DNA of 52,309 bases from Nitrosotalea sp. (GTDB lineage: Archaea > Thermoproteota > Nitrososphaeria > Nitrososphaerales > Nitrosopumilaceae), in the NCBI GenBank assembly GCA_025449485.1, contig JANWJG010000100.1:1-52309 (forward strand), given 5' to 3'. The notes beneath the pieces are model-generated. The model ran no database searches and was not told where the DNA came from. It saw only the letters and a program-made list of their open reading frames with translations. Each line of letters begins with the position of its first letter. The stretch's first letter is position 1. This document shows positions 1 to 10,987 of this stretch, piece after piece. The position numbers and the translations under genes were made by a program.

Positions 1-57
1 AGATCCAGAGCCTGAGATCCCTAACCCAAAATTGTTTGGCCACTAGACTATCGGGCT
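1..57 (-). tRNA. tRNA-Gln(CTG), 5' part only (3' end runs off the window), with a 15-nt D-loop intron at 21..35
   Basis: Reverse complement reads AGCCCGA-TA-GTCT-AGTGGCCAA-[ACAATTTTGGGTTAG]-GGAT-C-TCAGG-CT-CTG-GA-TCT...; removing the bracketed 15 nt restores the canonical archaeal Gln D-arm; GGCC/GGTT 4-bp helix with two 3-nt bulges forms a BHB motif. Confidence 0.85.
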
Positions 58-88
58 ACCGAGACGACTGGTATTTCTTGAGAATATA

Positions 89-409
89 TTATTTTGTACT
101 AGCCTCACGGACTGCAGTGGAATAATCGCAATTTGCACCAAGTCTCATGTATGGAATCAATCTGTAATGAATGGAATAAAGATCATTTTCTTTGTATAAA
201 ATTCCTTTTAACAACAACGACACAAAACCTCCTGCAATTTTAGAAGCTGGTATGCTAAGCTCTTTGCACACCTGGTCACGTCGCTTTTTGTATTGTTGAC
301 TGGTAAAACTGATTGCATTTAACTCTAGGATTAATGGCCACATGACTTTTTCCCAGACAAATCTTCGATTCTGAGTGGCAGAGGCGTACTTTCCCTTTTC
401 TTCTAGCAT
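89..409 (-). CDS. hypothetical protein, possibly winged-helix
   Basis: 106-aa ORF with ATG start, upstream of and co-oriented with the tRNA; pattern 'LLLKGILYKENDLYSI' resembles a wHTH wing. Confidence 0.6.
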   Translation of the reverse strand: MLEEKGKYASATQNRRFVWEKVMWPLILELNAISFTSQQYKKRRDQVCKELSIPASKIAGGFVSLLLKGILYKENDLYSIHYRLIPYMRLGANCDYSTAVREASTK

Positions 410-446
410 TGATAACGTTCAAAAAGTTCCAATCTCAATTTATTAG

Positions 447-1148
447 TTGATGAAATCAAATATTGAAGAGGCCTTAGAACTATTATCAAAAGACTGGAAA
501 ATTGAACCCGTAATTCAGGATTTTATCTTGGGTAAAAAAACAAATGTTTCAGATTTTCAGATAAAGATAAACGACGTAATTTTTCATATTCCATACCTGC
601 AAGATGACAATGGTTATGTCCTGTGGAAATGTTATTGGCCTGATTGCCATAATTGCTGTAACAGGCAAGGCAGACTGCCGCTTACAAGTAATGATCTGAT
701 AACAATAAGTAAAAATCTAAAGTATGATAAAGTGTCTGATTTTGTAAAAAAGGAGACTCACATAGCTACATGGGAAGAAAAGGGACCTACGGGAAACCCT
801 GTGATTATGACCATGATAAATCTAAAACGCAAAGAAGATGAGACAGAATCCGAAGATGGGACCCATATCAAATGTAGGTTTCTTGATGACAAGGGCTATT
901 GCGGATTACATCCCTCTAGGCCTGGGGTATGTTACCTATACCCATTTTCATCATGGCTTGAAAATGAAAAAGGTAAAGTTCGAGTCCATGCTACGTTTCA
1001 ATTTACAGGTGACTGTCCTGGATTTTACTTTGCAAAATCTCATGATTCCATGAAAGATGTTTTAGTGGATTATTCTAAAATGATTTATGATTATACCATG
1101 AATTCAAATGGAACAACAAGAGAAAATTTTGGCCATGTAAGTATGTGA
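447..1148 (+). CDS. YkgJ-family cysteine-cluster (putative Fe-S/Zn) protein
   Basis: C-x4-CxxCC at N-terminus plus 'CRFL...CGLHPSRPGVCYLYPF' signature. Confidence 0.8.
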   Translation: MMKSNIEEALELLSKDWKIEPVIQDFILGKKTNVSDFQIKINDVIFHIPYLQDDNGYVLWKCYWPDCHNCCNRQGRLPLTSNDLITISKNLKYDKVSDFVKKETHIATWEEKGPTGNPVIMTMINLKRKEDETESEDGTHIKCRFLDDKGYCGLHPSRPGVCYLYPFSSWLENEKGKVRVHATFQFTGDCPGFYFAKSHDSMKDVLVDYSKMIYDYTMNSNGTTRENFGHVSM

Positions 1149-1150
1149 TT

Positions 1151-2158
1151 CTAGGCTTTTGCTACTTTCATCATGTCTGTCATCTTGATCTCCATGCCAA
1201 ATCTTTTTTCGTTCTTTTTCATGTATCTGTAAATTGATAACATGTCTACAAAACTTTTCATCACACCAAACTTGTTATCCATTTTGTTTCTTACAAATGA
1301 TAATACTTTTGAGTAAATTGCAAATTTTTCAAGGACCATCTGTCTATATTTCTCATTATTGCCCAATGTGTCCACAAAAATGTCCCCGCATGTCATACTT
1401 GGGATTATTCCTTCACCAAGCAATGGGTATACTGTCCCTATTGATTCACCAACCCCTACTACTTTTCCGTGATAAAATGGCTCACAGAGATCTGGGGTGG
1501 CAAGACGTATTGGTCTTCCAACAGTCTTTGTGATTTTTCCGCCATATTTATTCAAGAATGCGTTAGTCTCTACTATGTGATTTTTATTCTTGTCACCAGC
1601 CCCAATGTGTGCAGTGTTGTCTCCTAGTGGGAAATACCAGAAATATCCACTAATTGAGGAAAATGGCTTGAGGTAAAAATCGTCAAATGGCACGCCATTC
1701 TCATATTCTACTTTATACTGGAATGTTGGTAAATGGAAATCTTTTGCAAGTCTGGGTAGATATGATCGGTGAAAACCTGTGGAATCTACAATCATGTCAT
1801 ATTCTGACTCTAAATCTTGTAATTTTGGAGCAACACCGTGATGTATCTTGCATCCCTTTGCCATATCTTTTATCAATCCAATCTTATTGTAAGTACAGAG
1901 TCCTTTGAGTTTGATTTGAAATTTTTCTAAACCCATGTCAACGTACATTTGTTTTCCATCATGAATTACATAATCATTAAAATCAAGGCCAACTTTATTT
2001 GAAAATTCTTCCATGGGCGCTTTTGATGTACCCCATGCACATATGGAATCATGATTCTCTACAGTAGATCTTTCAAAACCTACTACCTCGTGTTGGTTCT
2101 TCAATCTTGCAAGCAGATATGCCCCGGCAACTCCTATGCCTACTATAGCTATCTTCAA
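1151..2158 (-). CDS. NAD(P)/FAD-dependent oxidoreductase (geranylgeranyl reductase-like)
   Basis: N-terminal GxGxxG (IVGIGVAG), 'GYFWYFP', 'VGESIGTVYPLLGEGI' motifs of the GGR family. Confidence 0.8.
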   Translation of the reverse strand: MKIAIVGIGVAGAYLLARLKNQHEVVGFERSTVENHDSICAWGTSKAPMEEFSNKVGLDFNDYVIHDGKQMYVDMGLEKFQIKLKGLCTYNKIGLIKDMAKGCKIHHGVAPKLQDLESEYDMIVDSTGFHRSYLPRLAKDFHLPTFQYKVEYENGVPFDDFYLKPFSSISGYFWYFPLGDNTAHIGAGDKNKNHIVETNAFLNKYGGKITKTVGRPIRLATPDLCEPFYHGKVVGVGESIGTVYPLLGEGIIPSMTCGDIFVDTLGNNEKYRQMVLEKFAIYSKVLSFVRNKMDNKFGVMKSFVDMLSIYRYMKKNEKRFGMEIKMTDMMKVAKA

Positions 2159-2203
2159 ACGATCTTATACCTAAAATGACCTAATAAAAACATGTGGCAA
2201 TTA

Positions 2204-5074
2204 TTATTCAATCAGTATAGCTGGTTTGTATGGTCTTGATGTCCTTGATTTATTTTTTGGATCATACTTGTCTTGATCTGATTCTGAAAATACTTGTGAT
2301 GTGATTCCAAACTCTGCTTGTACTAGTGAGTCAAGCTCTGAAAGAATTTTCTTTTCATCAATGAGGCCAATCTTATTCTTTGATTCTCTTTCTTCTTGTG
2401 ATTCTGATAGTATGTCATTGACTGTTTTTTTCACAAAATCTGGATCTTTCTTAACATCTTCTGTTTCCTTGTCTGCGATGAGTGCTTTTATCAGAGTGCC
2501 TATGTTTACTTCACCTGCTACAATGTTTGATAGAATTTTCTGGTATGCTTTTACTTTCCACTGTGCAGGTGTGTAGATTGTTATTTTTTTTGGAGTGATC
2601 TTTGTAACCTTGATTATGTTCTTGATGTCCTCAATTGTATTCTTTAGTAAGTTCTCAGATTGAGTTGATTCATAGTCAACCATGTTCTCATGGTATATTG
2701 GCCATGAAGATTTTGATACAATGCCGGTATTTCCTAGTCTTGACCACATCTCTTCTGATGCATATGGAGCAAAGGGCGACATCATTGATACTCGTATGGA
2801 TGTAATCTCGTGCAAAATTCCCGTAAAATCTTCTCTTTTCTTTGCAAGGGCTCGCTTTGTATACCACTGGAGGTCTGACTCGAACTCATATAATACAAAA
2901 TGTAGCGCCTCTCTTAATCTCATTTTTTGTATCGACGAGGTTGTTTTTTGGACCAACTGTTGCACTCTACTTTTTATCCACTTGTCTTCTTGCTCAAGTT
3001 TGGTGTTGTGGCTGGCTCTATATTTTGAACACTCTTCTAACATATTTTCTAATTTGCTTTTTATTCCTTTTACAGCCTCTTGGTTAAAATCTGCATCTTG
3101 CAGTAGCTCTGCAGAAATTAAAATCGTAAGCCTGATTGCATCTGCTCCGTGATTCCTTATAGCATCTCTGAGCGGAATTATGTTTCCTTCTGACTTGGAC
3201 ATCTTCTTTCCATCCATGAGCACTGATCCGTTGACTACAATCTCTTCAGGCCAGTATTCTCTTGGAAATATTGCTATGTGGTTGAAGATGAAAAATGTCA
3301 GATGATTTGGTACTAGATCTCTTCCTGAATGTCTTGCATTGACTGGATAAAAGTACTGGAATTCGTTTTTTACCTTCTCTAAAAGTTCGGGTGATATTTT
3401 ACATTGTGATGATATGTTTCCAGGATCTCCCTTGTTCAAGAATATGTAATCAAAAAAAGCATCAGATACATTTTCTGGCGTAATCTCTTTGTTGTTTACA
3501 TATTTTGCTATGGTATAGTATGCCATGTAAATTACAGAATCAGAAAGACTCTCTATTATCCAGTTTTTATCCCAAGGCAATTTTGTTCCCAAGCCGTGTT
3601 GTCTTGCACACGCCCGTTCTCTTAGCCAATCTACTACATTGTTAAACTCATTTCTAATCTCCTCTGGAAGAATCTTCATTTCATTTATCCATGCATGCAC
3701 TTTTGTCTTCCATTCAGGATCTGAATAATTGAGAAACCACTGGTTACTGAGGATCTTTACTACACACTCTGCACCACATCTGCACCTTATGGGAATCTCG
3801 TTTAATTCGTATAAAATGTCTGCATTTCCGCCTTGCAGCATCCATTTTTTTACTTCGTCTTTTGCCACTGCTACTGTCTTGCCTGCAAATTTTCCTGTAT
3901 TTTGTTTTAATTTGCCACCGTAAAATTCCTTTGAGTATATTTCCTTGGTGGCTTCTTCAAGTTTTGAACTGTTTTGATCTTCGATTTTAAATCTAGTTAT
4001 TACATCCAATGAAGGAATTTGGCCATAGCCTTCTGTCTCAATTATTGATATTGCTTTTACATCTTGAATCTCAGAAAGATTTGGATATTTTGCAATTTCT
4101 CTTTTGAGATCTTCCAAGGCCTGATAGTCGAAAGGAGCATGTGCTGGAACAGACATTACAATGCCAGTACCGTTTTCACTTTTGACAAAACTTGCTGGCA
4201 AAATTAAAATCTCGTCATCTCTTTCAGGAACCTTGACTTTTTTTCCTACTAGTTCCTTACCAGATATTTTATCAAGTCTTGTTATTGTTTTGTTGTGAAA
4301 TTCTAACTTTCTTGCACATTCACTAGTTACAATCCATGTTTCATTGTCAACCTGAACTATCTCATAAACAAATTCTGGATTTATCCAGATGTTTGTTACG
4401 CCAAAAATAGTTTCTGGTCGTAATGTTGCAGTAGGAATGATATACTTGTCATACTTGAATTTGATGATTGTATATTCTGTAAAACTTGGCTCTACATCGC
4501 CCTGTGTGTCATGCTGTGATACTGGATTTTGATCCTTTGGACACCATCCTACAGGATGAGTGCCCTGAATTATGTGATTTTTTTCCTTTAGTTTGCCAAA
4601 TTGCCACTCGATAAACTTGCTATACACTGGATCTATTGTGGTAAACTCTCTTCTCCAGTCTATCGAGTATCCCATTTCGATCATTCCTGTCTTTATCTCT
4701 TGATGGAAATAATCTGCAATTTTTACTGGCTCTGTAAATTCTCTTATTTTGTCATCTGGGACCTTGTACAAATTGCGGAATGTCTCAAGCAGTTTTACAT
4801 CATTATCTTGAACCCTTCGTGCCATACCTAAGATTGGCGTTCCAGTATAATGGAATCCCATTGGAAATAATACGTTGTAACCTAACATGCGCATGAATCT
4901 TGCATGAACATCTGCCAAGGTGTATGTTCTTCCATGTCCAACATGTTGAGGAGAATTGGGATATGGATATGCTACAGTGACAAAGAATTTTTTATTGTTA
5001 TTTGGATCAGTCTCAAAATATTTTTCTTCTTCCCACTTGCGTCTCCATTTTTCTTCAAGTGCAATCCAATCCAT
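2204..5074 (-). CDS. leuS: leucine--tRNA ligase
   Basis: 956 aa; HVGH (HIGH) and KMSKS motifs, 'TLRPETIFG' editing domain. Confidence 0.97.
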   Translation of the reverse strand: MDWIALEEKWRRKWEEEKYFETDPNNNKKFFVTVAYPYPNSPQHVGHGRTYTLADVHARFMRMLGYNVLFPMGFHYTGTPILGMARRVQDNDVKLLETFRNLYKVPDDKIREFTEPVKIADYFHQEIKTGMIEMGYSIDWRREFTTIDPVYSKFIEWQFGKLKEKNHIIQGTHPVGWCPKDQNPVSQHDTQGDVEPSFTEYTIIKFKYDKYIIPTATLRPETIFGVTNIWINPEFVYEIVQVDNETWIVTSECARKLEFHNKTITRLDKISGKELVGKKVKVPERDDEILILPASFVKSENGTGIVMSVPAHAPFDYQALEDLKREIAKYPNLSEIQDVKAISIIETEGYGQIPSLDVITRFKIEDQNSSKLEEATKEIYSKEFYGGKLKQNTGKFAGKTVAVAKDEVKKWMLQGGNADILYELNEIPIRCRCGAECVVKILSNQWFLNYSDPEWKTKVHAWINEMKILPEEIRNEFNNVVDWLRERACARQHGLGTKLPWDKNWIIESLSDSVIYMAYYTIAKYVNNKEITPENVSDAFFDYIFLNKGDPGNISSQCKISPELLEKVKNEFQYFYPVNARHSGRDLVPNHLTFFIFNHIAIFPREYWPEEIVVNGSVLMDGKKMSKSEGNIIPLRDAIRNHGADAIRLTILISAELLQDADFNQEAVKGIKSKLENMLEECSKYRASHNTKLEQEDKWIKSRVQQLVQKTTSSIQKMRLREALHFVLYEFESDLQWYTKRALAKKREDFTGILHEITSIRVSMMSPFAPYASEEMWSRLGNTGIVSKSSWPIYHENMVDYESTQSENLLKNTIEDIKNIIKVTKITPKKITIYTPAQWKVKAYQKILSNIVAGEVNIGTLIKALIADKETEDVKKDPDFVKKTVNDILSESQEERESKNKIGLIDEKKILSELDSLVQAEFGITSQVFSESDQDKYDPKNKSRTSRPYKPAILIE

Positions 5075-5077
5075 CTG

Positions 5078-7786
5078 TTATCGTTCTCCAACAATTGACT
5101 TTTCTATGGTAACCAAGGCATCTTTTATCTTTGATAGATCCTTTCCTCCTCCTTGGCCAAATGTATCCCTTCCACCGCCTGAACCGCCAAGCACTTTTGA
5201 AACATCTCTTACTAGATCCCCTGCCTTTTTGGTAGAAACAGCATCAGAGCCTGAAAATGATATTATTTTGATTGATTCATTTTTCACTATTAACACACAA
5301 TAAATCAAGGACTTGTCAATCTTGGTTGCAATCTCTCCGACTGATATGTGAAATTCTTCATCAAGTTCTTCATCTACTGTGGAATAGAGTTTGACTTTGC
5401 CAAGATTCTTTGCTTGAGAGATGGCCTCTCTTGCAGACATGTCTGATGTTCTCTTGATCATTTGTCTTAGTCTTTTTTTTGCATCCTCTGAATCTTTCAT
5501 TGCATGCTCAAACGATTCTAGCATCTTTTCTTTACTTGAACCTAGAGATTTTACTATATGTGAAATTTTTCTATCTTGGGTTTGAGTGTACTTTAGTGCA
5601 GATTCGCCAGACACAAATTCTAGTCTGACTACTCCATCCTGGATTCTTTCAGCTTTTGTGATTTTTATCAGTCCCACCTCTCCAGTTTTTTGGACATGTG
5701 TTCCACCGCATGCTTCTACGTCAAATCCTTCTATGTTTACAATTCGTACTAGTTTTACTGGAACTACTCCTCCTTGGTATATTCTAAAGCCATATTCTTG
5801 TTCTGCATCACCTCTTTCAAATTGGTTGATCAAAACTGGAATATCCTTTCTTACGGTAACATTTGCAAGATCTTCTATTTTTGTTATCTCTTCTTCTGTA
5901 AGGTTTGAATGATGTGTAATGTCTAGTCTTGCATAATCTGCATCTTTGAAAGCAGAATGTTGCCAGATCCAAGAACCTAGAATATTTCTTGCAGATGCAT
6001 TAAGAACATGAGTGCTGGTGTGGTTTCTTGTTATTCCGTATCTTCGCATTGAATCAATTTTGCATTTTACAACCATGCCTTCTTTTGGGGATCCGTCCTT
6101 GATCTCATGTAGTACCACATTTCCGTGTTTAGTGACATCTATGACATCCCACTCTGCGATTTTGCCATGGTCTGGCTCTTGTCCTCCTCCTCTTGCATAA
6201 AATGAGGTCTTATCCAGTATGACAAATTTATTTTTAATAATTTTAAGTATCTTGGCATCAAATTCATGTGGATCATTTTTGTAATATAGTAAATCTGTGT
6301 CGGCAATACCTTCTAAATCCAATTCTTCCTTTTTCTCAGCTTTCTCAGATTGGTGCAAGTCAGATAGTCTTTCATAAAATGTAGAAGGAATCTCTGATAT
6401 TATCTGGTATTCTTTGAGAAAGTCTGGAGTTATGCCGTCTGATTCATACAGTCTGATGAGATCATCCACTGCTAGTTTTTTGTTTTGTGTCTTGAGGGCG
6501 GTTGCCATGTTTTTCATTCTAACTTTTGACTCGCTATAGCGATTTTTCTCTACCTCGATTATTGTTTTTACATCATTGCGGGTTTGTTCAAGTTCTGGGT
6601 ATGTGGACTTGAGATAATCTATGTGAAGATCAATGAGGTCATTGAGATCAAAATTCCAGCCAAATCTATCAATAGTAGCAAGTGTTCTTCTAAGTATCAT
6701 CCTCAAGTTGTATCCTCCTCCTACGTTGCTTGGTAGTGCACCATCCGAAATTGCAAAGACCAATGTTCTCAAGTGATCGGCTATCATGTAGACTCCCTCT
6801 AGTGGAGAAATTATCTTGTCTTGTTTTGTTTCATCTAAACCTGCAAGTTTTGCTGCAGTCTTTCTAACTATTGAAATATCATCTGACTCTGAGAGAGCTC
6901 TTGCTATTGACATGAAATACTTGGAAATTATGCTTGAATCTGTATCGATTCCTATTTTGTTTATCATGTATTTTGTTATGGGTCCAAAACAACAATCATA
7001 CGCGGTAGGAGTTCCCATTGTTATCCATGCAAATCTCTCAAGACCTGCACCCATGTCGATAATCTTTTGATCTAAGGTTGAGTAGTTGGTTAGATCTCCC
7101 TGAAATTCTGTAAATACTGCATTGCCAAGCTCTAGGCCTCTGACAAAATATTCTAGTGATGAGCCAAAAGACCCACCTCCTGCCCAGACATCTTCTACAA
7201 ATACTATCTCTTTTTTATTAATTCCAAATCTATCGGTGAGAAGTTTGAAATCAAGCTCTACACATCTGTCCTTCCAATATCCATGTGAATTTGGTATACT
7301 GTGTTGTCCTATCATGCAAAAACTAGAAAAATGCCTTCCAGTAACTCCTACATTTTCAATGTCTTTGAATCTAAGACAAGTCTGAGGAACAATCAATGGA
7401 TTTGCCGGAAACTCAAAGACTACTTTGGAACCCATGACTCTTTGAAAGTCTACAATGGATGCAATTGTAAAATATAGATCATCACGCCATCTGCAAACTA
7501 CGGGATATCGTCCAACTGATTTGTGGCCGTTTTGCACAAAGAATGATTCTACTTCTTTCCATGCTTGTGTATAATCAAATCTCTTGTTTGTAGGTGGGTC
7601 TCCGATGAATGAATAGCTGTTCTCTATGTGATCAGGACACAGGTTGAGTCCATCATCCAAAGTCCAGAAAAACCTATGGCACTTGGTGCATGATTTTCTT
7701 CTAAATCCCTCACTTTCAAACAATGCGACCTTGTAGTATCTATCCGGATCAGTGGAAAACTTTGAAAGGATCTGGTCCTTGTCCAT
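5078..7786 (-). CDS. alaS: alanine--tRNA ligase (archaeal type)
   Basis: N-terminal CxxC 'CTKCHRFFWT', 'DMGAGLER', editing HxxxH ('NHTSTH') and 'CGGTHV', C-terminal 'GGSGGG'. Confidence 0.97.
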   Translation of the reverse strand: MDKDQILSKFSTDPDRYYKVALFESEGFRRKSCTKCHRFFWTLDDGLNLCPDHIENSYSFIGDPPTNKRFDYTQAWKEVESFFVQNGHKSVGRYPVVCRWRDDLYFTIASIVDFQRVMGSKVVFEFPANPLIVPQTCLRFKDIENVGVTGRHFSSFCMIGQHSIPNSHGYWKDRCVELDFKLLTDRFGINKKEIVFVEDVWAGGGSFGSSLEYFVRGLELGNAVFTEFQGDLTNYSTLDQKIIDMGAGLERFAWITMGTPTAYDCCFGPITKYMINKIGIDTDSSIISKYFMSIARALSESDDISIVRKTAAKLAGLDETKQDKIISPLEGVYMIADHLRTLVFAISDGALPSNVGGGYNLRMILRRTLATIDRFGWNFDLNDLIDLHIDYLKSTYPELEQTRNDVKTIIEVEKNRYSESKVRMKNMATALKTQNKKLAVDDLIRLYESDGITPDFLKEYQIISEIPSTFYERLSDLHQSEKAEKKEELDLEGIADTDLLYYKNDPHEFDAKILKIIKNKFVILDKTSFYARGGGQEPDHGKIAEWDVIDVTKHGNVVLHEIKDGSPKEGMVVKCKIDSMRRYGITRNHTSTHVLNASARNILGSWIWQHSAFKDADYARLDITHHSNLTEEEITKIEDLANVTVRKDIPVLINQFERGDAEQEYGFRIYQGGVVPVKLVRIVNIEGFDVEACGGTHVQKTGEVGLIKITKAERIQDGVVRLEFVSGESALKYTQTQDRKISHIVKSLGSSKEKMLESFEHAMKDSEDAKKRLRQMIKRTSDMSAREAISQAKNLGKVKLYSTVDEELDEEFHISVGEIATKIDKSLIYCVLIVKNESIKIISFSGSDAVSTKKAGDLVRDVSKVLGGSGGGRDTFGQGGGKDLSKIKDALVTIEKSIVGER

Positions 7787-7864
7787 TTCACAATTTTTTC
7801 TTCTGACTGATATTAAGCATTCTGAAGCAACACATTAAATATGATTTATTAGGAAAGTTTCTTC

Positions 7865-8371
7865 ATGTTTACAAAAAAGGGCTGGAAAGAAGGAGATTAC
7901 GTCTTTGCATCAAAGCCCAATGGAGACCATAAGGATATCATTGTAGGAATTGTGACGGGAGTAGAAAATTCTAACATTGGAGTTAATGGAATGATAATAA
8001 ATCCAGTAGGCTTGAAGAACAAAGTTTCCCAGGGAAAATCTGGTCCTCAATCGCTTGAACTTTTGAAAAATCCAAATCCAAAAGAATGCATATTTGCTTT
8101 AATCTATAGAGTAGAACACAATAATTTCACTGGAGTGTTTGATGTGAATAGTGACCATGTTGAAAAAATCCACAAGAACATTCATAATATTATTTCTGGC
8201 TGGGTTAGAGAATCAATACCTGAATTGATTAACAATGTACTTTCTTTGCCTAATGGTCCAGAAAGAGAACAAGCAAAGCGAGTCTTAAAACAAAGAATGG
8301 ATACACTTTACGACAAAGACTTGAAGAAATACATGTATTCGATCTGTAGGGGTCTTAAGATCTTAAACTAG
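7865..8371 (+). CDS. hypothetical protein
   Basis: 168-aa ORF divergent from alaS, AT-rich TATA-like box upstream; no recognisable motif. Confidence 0.7.
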   Translation: MFTKKGWKEGDYVFASKPNGDHKDIIVGIVTGVENSNIGVNGMIINPVGLKNKVSQGKSGPQSLELLKNPNPKECIFALIYRVEHNNFTGVFDVNSDHVEKIHKNIHNIISGWVRESIPELINNVLSLPNGPEREQAKRVLKQRMDTLYDKDLKKYMYSICRGLKILN

Positions 8372-8444
8372 GAAAATCAATTTAGATTTATTTTTTCCAA
8401 GTCTCCATAGTTTTATATTATGCCTCTTGCAAAATTTGTTTACA

Positions 8445-8744
8445 ATGGAATACGTATACGCTGCGTTGCTTTTGCACAAACAAAAGAAGGAAATCAACGA
8501 AGCAAATATTGCTAATGTTGTAAAGGCTTCAGGTGCTGAAGTAAATGAAGCACAAGTAAAGGCACTTGTTGCTGCTCTAGCAGATGTAAACATTGAGGAA
8601 GCAATCAAGGCTGCCCCAGTAGCAGTTGCTGCACCAGCAGCACCATCAGGTGGAGGCGCATCAGAAGGAAAGAAAGAGGCTGATCTACCATCTGCAAAGA
8701 CCGAAGAACAAGCAATGGAAGGTCTTTCTGCACTATTCGGTTAA
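8445..8744 (+). CDS. rpl12p: 50S ribosomal protein P1 (L12p)
   Basis: '[11 protein letters not shown]...EAI' plus Ala-rich hinge and C-terminal 'GLSALFG'; start moved to ATG 8445. Confidence 0.96.
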   Translation: MEYVYAALLLHKQKKEINEANIANVVKASGAEVNEAQVKALVAALADVNIEEAIKAAPVAVAAPAAPSGGGASEGKKEADLPSAKTEEQAMEGLSALFG

Positions 8745-8813
8745 AACTGTAATCTTATCCCTTTTTTGTCATCTCTTAAACATTATTTACTATAGTATTG
8801 GTTACTTTGTTAT

Positions 8814-9443
8814 TTGACTGAATTATCGTCTCCGATTCAAACTATCGTATTGATATTAGATTTGTTTGGAACAATGGCCTTTGCAGTCACTGGTGCATTC
8901 AAGGCAATTGAACACAAGGCAGACATTGTAGGAATTATCATCCTTGCAACAATTACTGGTGTTGCCGGTGGAACAATACGAGACATAGTGCTTGGACATT
9001 TTCCTCCTCACTCTATATCTGATCCAAACTATGTGATAATTACAACTGTAACAGGGATTGTCATCTTCTTTCTTTATCCTAAAATGCAGAAACACTGGAA
9101 TCTGTTTTTAAAATTTGATGCTATTGGGCTGGGTGTTTTTACTGCAATTGGGGCAACCTTGGCCTATCAGATATTTGGAATGAATTTTCTGGCAATGGCA
9201 ATGGCTGGAATGGTAACAGCTGTAGGGGGAGGAATTTTGAGAGACATGTTTGTAAACGAAATACCCATGGTCTTTGTAAAAGAGTTGTATGCATCAGCGA
9301 GTTTTCTGGGCGTTGTTGTTTTTTACATTCTTCTAGTTGCTAATCTACAAATCGAGATAGTCACAATTGGATCAATATTGGTTACAACCATAATACGATT
9401 GGTTGCAATGAAATACAACTGGAATTTACCAAAGGTGCGCTAG
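8814..9443 (+). CDS. trimeric intracellular cation channel (TRIC/UPF0126) family membrane protein
   Basis: Duplicated 'GGGxxRD' motifs (GGTIRD, GGGILRD), 'DAIGLG', multiple TM helices. Confidence 0.9.
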   Translation: MTELSSPIQTIVLILDLFGTMAFAVTGAFKAIEHKADIVGIIILATITGVAGGTIRDIVLGHFPPHSISDPNYVIITTVTGIVIFFLYPKMQKHWNLFLKFDAIGLGVFTAIGATLAYQIFGMNFLAMAMAGMVTAVGGGILRDMFVNEIPMVFVKELYASASFLGVVVFYILLVANLQIEIVTIGSILVTTIIRLVAMKYNWNLPKVR

Positions 9444-9459
9444 AATTTGTATGTTTGAT

Positions 9460-10326
9460 TTATTGTGGACTGTAACCCTTTAGTTTACCTGACAGTGCTT
9501 TTGCCTGTCCACTTGCTCTCTGTATTGTTGCTTCCTTGGTATCATCAGTAAGGAAACCTGCTTCTATTGCAAGTGATCTTGCTTGTTGAGCTGCCTTGGC
9601 AAGTATCAGGTTGACGTTTTCTTTAGTTACATATCCTATCTCAATTGATAGTGACAATGCTTCCTGGTGTGCCTGGGCAAATGCAGTTCTGTATGCTTCT
9701 ACATCGACTGTTAATTCTTCTTGATTGTAAACTACCTTGTCCTCCAAAGCGGAGTTTAGTACTATGCCTGCCTCTACTGCCTTGACATCGAGTTTACTCA
9801 GTAGGGTAGACAATTTTGCAGATATTGTATCACCTTTCTTTGCTGCCACTGAATCCTTTGTAATCCAAACTGTTCCTTGATCTATCTTGGTTGATACGCC
9901 TGCTTCTTTAAAGTCTGTAAGAATTGGTCCTGGAGTAATTCCTGTGTTGCCTGCCTTGATGACTACATCTATGCTTGCCTTGTCTCCACCTCTTGCTGCC
10001 ATCATTATCTTGTTTTTGCCAAGTAAGATGTTCAGCTTGATTGGACTCATGTTTGTAAACATCAATACACATTGTCCTACTAGCTTTTCAGCAAGTTTTT
10101 CAATTCCAGGAATCTTTAGTGTTGAAAGTGATTTTTGTGCAACCTTGTCTTTGATGCTGACAATTTCTACTTCTCCCTTGAATTTTTTTCTTAATGGTAA
10201 TAATTGTGAAGATCTTACTTTTTCCATTCTTACTAGAGCTACAACTTTGTACTTGCTTGGTAACTCTTGTAACTGTTGATACATCTGAGCTTTCTTTTGA
10301 GGATATTTGGTTCTATTTTGATGCAT
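9460..10326 (-). CDS. rpl10: 50S ribosomal protein L10 (P0)
   Basis: 'GNTGITPGPIL', follows rpl1. Confidence 0.93.
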   Translation of the reverse strand: MHQNRTKYPQKKAQMYQQLQELPSKYKVVALVRMEKVRSSQLLPLRKKFKGEVEIVSIKDKVAQKSLSTLKIPGIEKLAEKLVGQCVLMFTNMSPIKLNILLGKNKIMMAARGGDKASIDVVIKAGNTGITPGPILTDFKEAGVSTKIDQGTVWITKDSVAAKKGDTISAKLSTLLSKLDVKAVEAGIVLNSALEDKVVYNQEELTVDVEAYRTAFAQAHQEALSLSIEIGYVTKENVNLILAKAAQQARSLAIEAGFLTDDTKEATIQRASGQAKALSGKLKGYSPQ

Positions 10327-10327
10327 G

Positions 10328-10987
10328 TTACTTCGTTCCTGGTTGTACTGGTTTGATGATCTTTCCCATGCTTGTCTTGATCATTATTTTCTTGATGTTC
10401 TTGTCACCGCTTGGTAATTTCTTTTCTATTGTACCAATCACTGCATGAGCATTTGCAGCCAAGTCTTCATCAGACATTGTTTCATCGCCTATCTTGCATG
10501 CTAGGGACAAAGAATTTTTCAGTCTTACTCTTATTGAAGATCTAAATCTTTCCAATATTGATTCAATTGGAGCGTTGAATGGAAGTGGTGTTGGCATCTT
10601 TCCTCTTGGACCCATAAATTGGCCCAATGTCTTACCGACGTTTGCCATCACTGAAGTATCTGCAAGGAAAAAGTCATAACCGTTGATTAATTTGCGAGAC
10701 TCTCTTTTGTTAGCGCCCATCTGTGTTACTTGAGTAGTGTCTACAACCAAATCTGCATTGGCGCCCTTTGCCTTTATGCCAAGATCTCCTGATGCAATTA
10801 CGCATATTGAAGATGACTTGTTCATCTTTTTTGGTAACTGGACTGTCTCATTTATTGCAAATCCTTTCTTTACATCGATATCTCTGAAAACCATGATTAG
10901 CTCTACTGCCTGCTTGAACTTTCTCTCCTTTGTGCTCTTTTTAGCATCCGTTATCATTTGAGCTATCTGGGATTCGGTGGTAATCAT
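10328..10987 (-). CDS. rpl1: 50S ribosomal protein L1
   Basis: 'LGQFMGPRGKMPTP', 'KTSMG'. Confidence 0.96.
   Translation of the reverse strand: MITTESQIAQMITDAKKSTKERKFKQAVELIMVFRDIDVKKGFAINETVQLPKKMNKSSSICVIASGDLGIKAKGANADLVVDTTQVTQMGANKRESRKLINGYDFFLADTSVMANVGKTLGQFMGPRGKMPTPLPFNAPIESILERFRSSIRVRLKNSLSLACKIGDETMSDEDLAANAHAVIGTIEKKLPSGDKNIKKIMIKTSMGKIIKPVQPGTK

Noticed and set aside
2301-7385. Numerous 60-156 aa plus-strand ORFs inside leuS/alaS (and similar ones opposite other core genes)
   Set aside because: Antisense or alternate-frame shadows of well-supported genes with no motifs.
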